From Octopus sinensis (Eukaryota): DNA of 64,000 nt. The stretch lies in the NCBI RefSeq assembly GCF_006345805.1, contig NC_042998.1:40734001-40798000 (forward strand). Reading direction: 5' to 3'. The notes beneath the pieces are model-generated. The model worked only from the letters and a program-made list of their open reading frames with translations, searched no databases and had not been told where the DNA came from. Below are positions 37,362 to 49,180 of the stretch, piece after piece (positions within the stretch are counted from its first letter, which is position 1; each line of letters starts with the position of its first letter). The position numbers and the translations under genes were made by a program.

Positions 37362-38779
37362 TAATTCCATAATCCTTTGAGTTTTTAAAGGCATTGATGA
37401 AGTAGTCACCTGTTAAGTGTGCCTTGGTAAAATCTACAGAATATATTTCTTTTGAAAGAATAATCATAAGTAGATGTGAGTTCATCATGGCAAGCTAATG
37501 GAACACAATAATAATTTTACAATACACACACTGCTTACAGTGCTGAATTGTACTTTTTATGCTATTGGATTGTGGATTGACTGAGCCATTGTGACTCACT
37601 TGCTTTTATTATGGCACAGCTGTAACTATGTAGTTAAGAAGTTTGATTTCCAACCACATGCATTCAGGTTCAGCTCCTCAGCATGACACTTTGGGCAAGT
37701 ATCTTCAACTATAGCCCCAGGTCACCCAAAGTCAATTGAGAACCACTGATGTGTATGTATAAATGTATGTGTGTGAGTGTGTATATGCTTGTGTCGCCTT
37801 GTCTTTTGTTAACAGTGTCACTGCAAGAAGTGGTGACTCCACTTCTTGCAGCATAAGGAGAGGTTTCTTTTCAAAGCCATTGTATAAAACCACTTTCTGC
37901 AGTTAAAAGCAATAAAATTTGAGCAGATATATCCACTTTCTGCATTCAAAGGGTGAAAATAATCTGTTGTTTTTGTATTTTTTCAAAATAGAGAGATGTG
38001 TTTGTTAAATACCATCTGAGGAAAGATGAGGAGCACTGGGCTGTAAAAGATTGAGAACCACTGATATAGAAAATCTAATTTATAATCTTAAGCGTGTTTT
38101 TCTCTAGATTTTAAAATTCTTCCACTTAACCATAACAATGGAGTCCATATGAATGCAAACTACTATTACAAGCTAAGAGGTGCATTAATAATTAGTGGAT
38201 GCTATGTGAACTATTTAGATATGTTGCAATACACTTTTATTTTAAGATTTTTTTTCACATGCAATATTCAAACTGAGAATTATAGACCATACAGCTAGTT
38301 TCTTGTCAATTATACTACCAATGCAGAATTTCCATTGTTGACATTTAGTTTATCATCTTCCTCATCACTTTAATGTCTACTCTTCCTTTGCTCACATGGG
38401 TTGAACAGAATATGTTGAGATGAATTTCTATAACCAGATGCCCTTCCTATCACCAACCTTCACCTTTTTCTGAGAAAGGTAATATTCCCCCATGACTAAA
38501 CATGTTTACATAGAAGACTGTAAATGAAGAACACTGCTTGCATGATGGTGGCACTTGTTCATGACTATTATTTGAAGTCTTTAGACAAAGAGACAATAAC
38601 ACACACACATCCTTATATGCATGCACATATGCACACATATACATATGCACACATATACATATGTATACAAATCTATATCCATCTACCTATCTGTCTGGAC
38701 AGCCATGTTGAAGTGGCTACGAATATTACTTGGTAGTACAACTACTGTGTTGATCTCTTAGAGAGATTTTAGAACTAGT

Positions 38780-39455
38780 ATTTTTGCTTGTTGCAAAACC
38801 AGCGACTGTGTGTTTGTTTGAAATATATATGTTGCAAGCAAACTTGTGTTGGATTTTTTGGCTGCTGCATTTGTGTGTTCAAATTAATATTCATCTAATG
38901 TTTTATTGTTATTGTACTTGTTAAATTCGAACTATTGTTGGTTTGTTGACTGTCATTTTCACCCTGTGGGGCAGAAAATTCTGAAATTTTGGAATATTGT
39001 TAGCAACAACTGTGATTGGAACTTTGATTTTTACCCTTTGCAGGGTAAAAATTATTTTTGTTAAACATTAGTTTTGGCAAAAATTATTTTTGTCAAACCA
39101 TTATTTTTGTGAAATTTGCTTTCTGTGAAAATTTTTTTGCTATGGAATACAATTTACTGTCAAAAGAAGATTTCCCAGAGGTGGAAAAGTCAAATAATAA
39201 CGAAAATGAAAATGTAAAACAAGTGCCAAAAGAGAAACCAAGTTTTTCGGCCACTGTGGGTGGCAAAATGATAACAATGAATATATCAATGGCCAAACTG
39301 TGCAAATACAGGAATCTTGTGAAGAAAACGGGAAATGATACAAAGCTACTCCGTCCTCAAGAGGTATTGCAAAAAATCACAGCAAAAACTGTAGTCTACA
39401 AGACATACAGTTTAAAGGAGAAAAGAATTTTGTCATGCCTGCTTGGGATTTAGTA
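38780..39455 (+). mobile_element. Possible LINE 5' UTR and start of ORF1, cut by a SINE head at ~39455
   Basis: MEYNLLSKEDFPEVEKSNNNENENVKQVPKEKPSFSATVGGK...PQEVLQKIT..VVYKTYSLKEKRILS; charged and protein-like, with probable frameshifts. The assignment rests on recalled resemblance only. Confidence 0.35.
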
Positions 39456-40521
39456 GAAGACACTCGTTCAAGTTGCCATGCAATGGGATTGAACCCAAAA
39501 CCACGTGGATGGGAAGCAAACTTCTTACTACCCAGTCATGCTTGTGCTTATTTCTAACTGTATAAATGCAAACACATAGGATGAAGTATTTTAAGTAAAA
39601 ATTCAGTGTATATTTGAAAGCGAATGTAAGTATATGTCCTTGTACATAGTTAAGTATTCATCCCCATATTCACTTCTTCATTCTATATCTACATAAAATA
39701 TATGTGAAATTAAAGACTCATGTGCTTTACATTTACCTAAACCACCCAAGAATAGAGATCTATTTCAATTGTACTAGTGTATTACAGTCGACTGTAATAA
39801 GAAGCTTTTACAAACTGAAACATTTTCAACTTCTTTTTAAACATTACAAAAATTTTCTATTCAGTATTTACAAATGCAAAGATTTTCCAGGTAAATTATC
39901 ACACCAAAGATATAATATGCTCATATGCAAATGCAAAAATGCACTGATGTAGAATAATTTGAGAGTAGATACCAGAATTTTGATTTTGCAAAAATAAGCT
40001 TTGATTTTAAATTATCTATTCATTTCACTCTTCTCATTTAGCATAGTCAAAAAATCAAAATGATCAGTCACTGGTTAACTTTGCTTTATACCATGAAAAA
40101 CAAGAGCTACTTAAATCCTGGTTTCTTTTTATAAAAGATAATGTCTTGTGGAAGATTATGGAAGTAATAGTACAGAAAAGAAAGACAGAATTGCTTGAAG
40201 ACAGAAGATAGCATATATGTTTTTTGTTTTGTTTTTTTTTTGCATGAACATGCATGTGATCGGATATGCATGTATGAGAATCTAAGCAAATGAATATAAA
40301 TTTATGCATATATGATTACGAACCCAAATTCATATTAATATTGATGTTTCTATGCATATATGAATATATACCTATATGTATGTAAAATATTGTACATTTT
40401 ACACATGTTTATGTATAAAACATAAATGTGTGTGTATGTGTATGGGTACCTGTATATTTATGCATGTGTGTACGTATATATCTATCTACCTCCATCTCTC
40501 TCTTTCTCTCTTTTTCTCTCA

Positions 40522-40615
<94 letters not shown>

Positions 40616-40649
40616 CATACATACATATTCATATACATGTGCCTATTGT

Positions 40650-40692
<43 letters not shown>

Positions 40693-43384
40693 ACACACAT
40701 CATCATCATTATCATTGTTTTAATGTAAAATAGTTGCATAGATCAGATATGAGTATGTTGAGGCAGAGTTCTCTACAGCCTGATACTCTGCCTGTTACAA
40801 GCTCCAATTTATTTCCAAGTGAGATAATAATCTCCCAGTCTCTTAGACATCAAACACAGCCTGGACATATTTATATGGAGAATTGGAAACAAGATCAAAC
40901 ATTCTGGATATGCTTCCATCATAAACTGTAAGCAAAAGACACTGCCAGTCAAGCCATTGCTTACTGCAAGCAAGCAAATATGAAGATGAGGGAATTACAG
41001 ACTCACTCTCTCTCACACATGTACACTTGGCCACATGCACATATGCATGCAAACACATACACAATAGGCTCCTTTCAGTTTTTATCAACCTAATCCACTC
41101 ACAAGCTATTAGTTGACCCAAGGCTATGGTAAAAGACTGTACTGCCCAAGTTGCTGTACAGTGGGACTGAAAGAGAACTTCTTAATCATACATATATATG
41201 CACACACACATGTCATCATTATCATCGTTGTTGTCGTCATCACCACCACCACCACCATCAGAAGGGACCCATTTAGAAGAGTAGTAAGTCTGCTCATATC
41301 TTTCATTTTGGCTTGGTTTCTATGACTATATGCCCTTCTTAACACCAAGCACTTTACATGATATATTTATGTATTTTATCAGCATTTGAGAGGTTATCAT
41401 GTCCTCAACAAGACAAAATTAAAGGGTCATCTCAACTCAATGTTTTCTTTAATCGATCCACAATCATCTTTCAGACTTCTGAGTACATTTTATCATGGTA
41501 CCAAGACTAGATAGGTAGCCTTGTTTGTTACAAGACAAGACAAAAGGATCTTCTCAGTCCTTCATTTTCTCCAATTGTTCCGCATTCACTAGGTATATTT
41601 TATTGTAGCACCAGCAGTAGTGAGGTTGCCTTGTATCCAGGAAGACAAGAGGTTGATCACTACTCAATATTGTCACAGTTTGTTTCAGGCAACATCATCG
41701 ATAGAATGGGTACAAAAGAAAACAATTGCAGAAGATAAGCTAAGGTGAAACGGAGAAAAAGTACCCAAGTATGAAGTGAGAAACATGGTAGTGTGGAAGA
41801 TATTATGGAAAAAGGAGAAATTGGGATGTGCGTGCGTGTGTGTGTTTGTGTGTGTGTTTGTGTGTCCCAGTGTGCACGCGTGTATATACACACCAGACGC
41901 ACACACACATGTATCATTATCATCACCATTGTCATCAGTTTACTGTGCACTTTTCCATGCTTGCAGGAGTCAGGGGAAATTTCCCAAGTAGATTTCTTTA
42001 GCTAGATACTCTTCCTGTCACCAACCTTTACCTACTTCCAAATAAGGTGATATTTCCACAAGGTTGAATATGCATCATCAGAGACTGGAAATGAAAACAT
42101 GCTTGTATTGACAGTGACACTCATTTACACCTATCATGCAATGTCAAGACACGACACTACACACACACACACACACACACATACAGATACACTCACATAC
42201 AGTAACGAGACAGCATGCATGTGGATAAATTGTGAGGTAACTTACATGCATACATTTGATAAATATGTATTCAACCATGCTGTGTAAATAGATCCTGTAG
42301 GCAAACCACAAAACTCTCTCAGCAGAATGAACCCAAGAACAGTTTGACTAATTTTGACACACTACTACTATCTTACCAATAGTGTCCTCTTCTTTTCATC
42401 TTGTAATGAGAAGAAACATCTTAGAGTTACTTATAAAATATACTGGGAGTCACAAACACTAATTTAATTCAGTTACATATCATTACATTTACTAGATCTT
42501 TTCTGTTTGGCTTCACTTTTTGAAATTTTAAAATTAAGTGAAAATTTTCATATTTGGTATATTGATGTAATTTTTTACATTGAATCTGATGTTGCTATTC
42601 ACTTGTACCTGAAAAAATTTAGAAAAATGTAAATGAGGTTTAAAGTTTAATAATTTTTACCCAATCAGAAAATAGGACTTGGAAGCTGACATTTTGTGCA
42701 TGATGACAACATTATGATGACAAAACATTCAGCAATTGCAATGTTAATTTCCATAACCAGCATACAAAACTACATCAATACACCAAATTTGAAGTCAGTC
42801 AGATCAAAATTGAAGGAATTGAAAAGTGAAAGCCAAACACAAAATAGCCTATTTACTTGTAGTGCATATCATATACTAAAATAATTCAAGTATGTAAGTA
42901 CAGGCATGGCTCTGTGGTAAAGAAGCTTGCTTTTTCAACCACATGGTTTGGGGTTCAGTCCTACTGTGCAGCATTTTGGGCTCGTGTCTTCTACTAAGAC
43001 ATGAGCTCAATACCTTTTGAGTGAATTTGGTCAACAGAAAATGTGGAAGTACTAATGAAATATTTTTCATCTTGTTGTTCACCATGTATATAATGAATTA
43101 CTATCATTTAGCAGATATCAGCGTAGATCAGCAAACAATTTGTTCATTGAAATAACAAAAAAATAAGCTTCAATTCTTGTTAGAGTCATTAGATTGAGAT
43201 GCCTAAGGCTGATGAGACACAGTGATGCTGAAATACCAGTTGTTCCAGAGTCCCTTATGCTAAACAATCAAGTATGTTGTGAACACACATTTGCTATAAG
43301 GGAATTGTTCTATAACAAAACCACAGCAATTAACTTGAATCTAGTAGAATGTATTAAGAATAAATATGCAAATCAATGTGAATG

Positions 43385-43462
43385 TATGTATGCATGCATG
43401 CATGCATGCATGCATGCATGCATGTATGTATGTATGTATGTATGTATGTATGTATGTATGTA

Positions 43463-43552
<90 letters not shown>

Positions 43553-43555
43553 CGC
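43385..43555. repeat. Compound (GCAT)n(GTAT)n(GT)n microsatellite
   Basis: Directly visible. Confidence 0.95.
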
Positions 43556-44828
43556 TTATGTTTGTTAGTGTAAACAAGTATGTTGAGCTGTATCACTTTT
43601 CTGTTAAGAACATAATTTACAGATTTAATAAAGATCAATAAAATAGAAGACTAAATTAAGTACTGGGACCAATAACATCAACTTAAAGAATACAGAAATA
43701 TACCGGCAGCAGATGAAAATCCTCTAGCAGCACCAGTAACATTGCTAAATGTGTATTTCTGTTTCTTTCAGTGTCATCAGTAATAAGTATCCACTGGCAC
43801 CACATGCCAAGAGAAAATCAGCCATCAGCTGGTATAGTTAAGCAGTGACTAAAAAATTACCGGTGTTGCAATTAATTTGTGCTCATTCTCAGCAGTGTGA
43901 ATGAAAGCAATATGAAACAAGGGACCTCAATCAAGGACACAACACAGTGCTTGATCTGAGAATGGAACCAACAATCTGATAATTAAAAGCCCAACACCCA
44001 AACCACTTGTCATGTGCTTCCACAAACACACATATCTATATTCTTATTACATTTTACTTATTCTATATAATCAATATAAAAAAATGCATTAAGTTAGTAT
44101 ACATTGCATTTGTGTAACACATAGAGGATAACAGCATAAATAGAATAAGCAAAATATATAACCTCATATGTTGTAAACAAAAAAAGATAGCTTAGAGTTA
44201 AGGGCATTATATATTATTTACATGAGGGAAAACTGTGTTTGTTAATAGCAAATATGAATAACAGAAACTAAGTAAATTAAAAATTAAAAAAATAATAAGA
44301 GATAATAGCTGGAACAAATTCAAGTAAGTTAATTGCAAAGAATATTTTTTTTACTCTGATAATTCTGATTATTATCATTATTCGATAAGCTGTCAGAATC
44401 ATTAGAAAACATGCCTTGTGATATTTGTTCTGAATCTGTATGTTTTGAATTCAAATTCTTAAGAGGTTGACTTTATTTTTCATCCTTTTAGGACCAATAA
44501 AATTAAGTACCAGTCAAGTACTAGGGTAAATGTTATCAACTAACACCCACCTCCTCAAAATTTGCTGGTCTTGTCCCTAATTAGAAGCAAACATTTTTGT
44601 TTGTATTTCAATTTATATCATTTGAAAGAGTAAACAATTCTTTTTGTTTTCATATTGAGTTTGAATCATGTCTAGGTGCAGGCTGTGGGGTAAAGCAGCT
44701 AGCTTTGGAATCACATAGTTAAGAGTTCAGCATAACTGTGAGGATGTTGTCAGCTAATGTCCTCTACTATAACTAAACATTAATGAAAGACTTGCAAGTG
44801 AGATTGGTAGATAGAGGCTGAAGAAGCC

Positions 44829-44981
44829 TAGGTGGAGGTGTGGTTGTGTGGTGAGATGTTTGCCTTCTGACCACATGGTTCTGGGTTCAGTTTCACCTTG
44901 GGTTAATATCTTCTACTATAGCCTTGGGTTGATCAAAGCAGTGTGGGTGGATTTGGTAGACAGAAACTGAAAGGAGCCTGC

Positions 44982-45049
<68 letters not shown>

Positions 45050-45231
45050 TTTGTCCTCCACCATCACTTGACAACCAGTGTTGGTATGTTCATGTCCCCA
45101 TAACTTAGCAGTTCAGCAAAAGAGATGCACAGAATAAGTGCCAGGCTTTACAAAAAAAAAAAAAGTAAGTACTGAGGTCAATTTGTTTGACTAAAATTCT
45201 TCAAAGCAGTGACTGAAAAAAGTAAAAGATA
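44829..45231 (+). mobile_element. SINE family A with expanded internal (GT)n
   Basis: GGGTTCAGTTTC B-box-like motif, core, (GT)n at 44985-45048, 3' body and tail. Confidence 0.85.
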
Positions 45232-45329
45232 AAAATAAAAATAATAATAATAATAATGATGATGATGATAATAATAATAATAATAATAAATATAATAATA
45301 ATAAATATAATAATAATAATATATATATC

Positions 45330-45630
45330 ACCTTGATCACCTTGACCAACCAGTCCATCGAGCGTCCATTTGACACTGCTGGTCACAGCACATTGTCCAC
45401 TCCTCTCTGGATCGCGCCTTTCTCATCCACGTGGTCCCAATCGTCCTCCTGAAATCATAACTCCACCGTCATGGAGGACTTCCGGGTGGTTGTTTCCGCT
45501 TGCATGGGTCCACCGATTATCGGTGAGCCGGGTGACATGTCCAGCCCATCTAAACTTGTTGCTTGTATACTCTGCAATAACATCCCTCACACCAGACTTC
45601 TTTCTGATGATCTTGCTACTGATGTGCTCT
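45330..45630 (-). mobile_element. 3' fragment of a second RTE family (BovB-like C-terminus)
   Basis: IRKKSGVRDVI..KFRWAGHVTRLTDNRWT...ARSREEW, followed by a short UTR and an AT-rich simple-repeat tail. Confidence 0.75.
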
Positions 45631-45734
45631 CTCCCCCAAACAACAAAGAACAAACAAGACAAAAACAACAACACAAGGACGTAGTACATGCAAAGTATTA
45701 TCAGATGCTCAGGGAAGGAAAGAAAGGTGGTTTT

Positions 45735-46480
45735 ATGTTTCTTCTGTATGCTGTCAGGTCCATCCTCCAATTCGCCATACTTTTCCCAAGCAATTGATCA
45801 ACATTTGATGCAATACCAAATAGGTTCATACATTCCATTATCCAAGAGTGTGGGATCATATCGTATGCCTAACGATAGTCGATCCATAACATGGCTAAGT
45901 TACTTTTCCACCTCTTGCAGTCTCTAAGTACAGTTTTGTCTATCAGGAGTTGATCCTTGGTACCTCTGCACTTACGCTTGCAACCTTTCTGCTCATGTGG
46001 CAGGACTCCTAATTTTTCCAGATGTTCATACATTGACTCTGTGAGTATTCCAGTCAATAATTTCCACATAAGTGGCAAACAGGATCTCAGCCGTATTGCT
46101 TTATCAATGATTTTCAAGCAAAGCACTGTCCTACCCAATGTCAACCACTCTGGTGTTACTTGGTTGGCATTTAACAAGGTGTTGAGTTGCACAGCTATTC
46201 GTGCATAACATTCACCAAATCTTTTGAGCCCATAGCCTTGAACTCCATCTGGTCCCAGGGCCTTCCAGTTGCTCATCTTTTTGATGATTTCCTTCACTTC
46301 CCCAACTGAAATGATTAATTCTCCCTGTTTTGGACAGCCTACTGTTTGTTTTAGTTCTTGCAGCCATTCAGCATCCTTCTTGTGCTCCTTGTCTTTGCTC
46401 CAGACGTCACTCCAAAACCTTTGACTTTCATTGTTATCTGGTATCAACTTTTCATCTGTGCACTCTCCATTTATTTCTTT
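45735..46480 (-). pseudogene. R4/Dong-like (R2 superfamily) non-LTR RT fragment
   Basis: FWSDVW, NWKALGPDGVQGY, PEWLTLGRTVL, CLPLMWKLLTGI, EQKGC...GTKDQLLIDK, WIDYR*AYDMIPHSWI; the 5' end abuts (AAC)n(AAT)n. Confidence 0.8.
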
Positions 46481-47627
46481 ATCATTATTATTATTATTAT
46501 TGTTGTTGTTGTTGTTGTTATATTGCTGGTGATGATGAAAGTGATAAAGGTGAGGAAAGTTGTGATGGCAGTGAAAACAGCCAGAAAATAACCAGAGCAA
46601 CAATGATCATGCTGACAAAATCTGTTCATAAGTGTTATTTTATGATTTGATTATTCAATCTGAGTATTTAAACACCATCATCAATCAAAATGAAAAACTT
46701 TAAAAAAAAAAATAATCTGGTGTTTCCTGTAAAGCAGACATCAAATTCCAAGTTGAAACTTTATTGCAATTTTATTTAATCATTATTAGTTGACACTGAA
46801 GATTATATCCAAATTCCAGTGAAATTCATTCTAAGGAAAGAGAAGAAAAGATGTTTTAGTAGTTTAATAATATGATTTTTGATAAAAAAACATAATTTAT
46901 GAATTAATTCATTCGTATACATTATCGTATATTACACAATAATTTTATGAAAAATTATATCAGATGTTGCGAACACAGTGAATATTATATGAAAATTTTT
47001 GTCCTAAATCATAACTTGCAATCAAAAGATGTATCACAGCCAAAGCATTTTTTAATAATCAAATAATCACTATTGTCATTTCCAGTAGTTAGAAATATTG
47101 TCATTTCAAATAACTGAAATTATTTTGAATTACAGAACGATAATGATTATGTGATAAATCAAATCTTGAAAGAATTTATATTAATTTTATATATGAAACA
47201 GTAGGAAACGTATATTTGATAAGTATCTTCAAAAAGTTTTGGCAATCGATGAAATCAAAATCTAAGACTACTTGATGTTTGCTTATACTTCTCTCAAGAA
47301 ATTTATCGTGTTAATTTAACAATTACCAAACAAAAGAGAAATGATATCAATAATATTTTTAATGTTGACATTCAATATCTAACTCAAAGAATTATATTGT
47401 AACTTCAAAGGTTTTGGTCATAACATAGACTCTAGTCTTTACTTAGGTGATTTTAGATAATAATATCACTGATATTTAAAAAACAAAATTTACTTTATTA
47501 AGAGTTAATTTCGAATATAATGCAGAGGAATATCACTTGGTAATACATAAGTCAAACAAAGGATGCTACGTGTTAATTTTAGAATAACATTTTTTCACAG
47601 CAAATTGAAGAATTTTGACCAAACACA

Positions 47628-47660
<33 letters not shown>

Positions 47661-48079
47661 TGTATGTATGTATGCATGCATGCATGTATGTATGTATGCA
47701 TGTATGAATATATGTATGCATGCATGTGTGTGAGCGTGTGTGTATGTATATATATATATATATATGTGCACACACACACATATATACATGCATACATAAA
47801 TGTGTGTGTGTGTGTGTGTGTGCATGCACGCACATGCGTGTGTGTGTGTTCAACTCTTGGCCTTTCAAAACAGATGTAACTGACTGATTTTGGTTTTGTA
47901 ATTATCAAGATGATAAATGTTGAAAAGACTTCACAACTATTGTTAAGTTTCGAAAAATGCTATACTTTATATCAGTTAACTGACATCCACAAGATCTGTT
48001 TTTGTAGTTGCTTATTGAAAATGTGTATGGAAAAACAGCATTATTATTATTGCTGATGTTGTTGTTATTGTTGTTGTTG

Positions 48080-48134
<55 letters not shown>

Positions 48135-48765
48135 CATTAATTCTTTTTGTTCTTGTAGTTGTAGTCTTGTGTGAACAACATAAATGTTATAGCTTAACCT
48201 AACCAAAATGTCATTATTGTTTCAATGCTTACAATTACTCTTATTATTATTCACTTGTTCTTTTGAAATTGAATGTCACAAAAAATCACAGTCATTAACT
48301 TCGATGTAATTCAACATTAAGACAACATATGTGTGGGGTAGTTTCTTTACATATAAACACTATATAATATTTTACATGAACATATTTTAAGTATTTCTGT
48401 TTGAAAACTTTATCTCATAATGTAAAAGATCATTGATCAACATATATTCTGCAACACTGTAGCAGTTTTAGCAACAAATAGATATTATTTTTTACTGATA
48501 TTTCAGCTGCTTTCTGGTATGACAGTTTTGTAGATGGAAAATAGTATGTGTAATCAATGAAATATTCACATTTAATAAAAATATTTATGAGCAGTCTGTC
48601 TTCTCAGAGACAAGCCACAGTGTATCATAGTTATTTTTCTCAGAAAATTCTGGTTTTAATTCCCACAGATAAATGAAGTGAGAAACATATACTTACATAT
48701 CCTACAATGGATTTGTAGAGGATATCAACCCATACTTGCGAGTTGGTAATCCAATATTTTAATTT

Positions 48766-49180
48766 CTTTTATCTTTTACATGTTTCATTCATTGGACTGT
48801 GGCCAAGCTGTAGCACCACCTTGAAGGGTTTAGTTGAATGAATCATCCCCATCAAATTCCACCCCAGTACATTTTTTTTTATAAGTCTGGTACTTATTCT
48901 ACCAATCTCTTTTGCTGGACTGCTAAGCTACAGGAACATAAACAAACCGACCCCAGTTGTCAAGTGGTGCTGGGGACAAACACAAATACAAAGAAATACA
49001 CACACACATATATATATACTATGAGCTTCTTTCAGTTTCCTTCTACCAAATTCACTCACAAGGCTTTAGTTGGCCCAAGGCTATAGTAGAAGACACTTGC
49101 CCAAGGCACCATGCAGCGGGACTGAACCCACAACTGTGCAGTTGGGAAGCAAACTTCTTACCACAGAGTCACATCTATGC
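48766..49180 (-). mobile_element. SINE family A
   Basis: Colinear with 61516-61933. Confidence 0.88.

Noticed and set aside
37737-38063. Two TTGAGAACCACTG hAT/Charlie-like ends
   Set aside because: Both are in the same orientation with no matching opposite TIR or TSD, so no element can be delimited.
43772-43831. Strong polypyrimidine acceptor with a 60-nt open segment
   Set aside because: Weak donor and no homology; such sites are expected by chance.
48693-48760. Minus-strand YWITNSQVWVDILYKSIVGY ending at GTAAGT
   Set aside because: No pyrimidine-rich acceptor, only ~20 codons, and it abuts a SINE tail.
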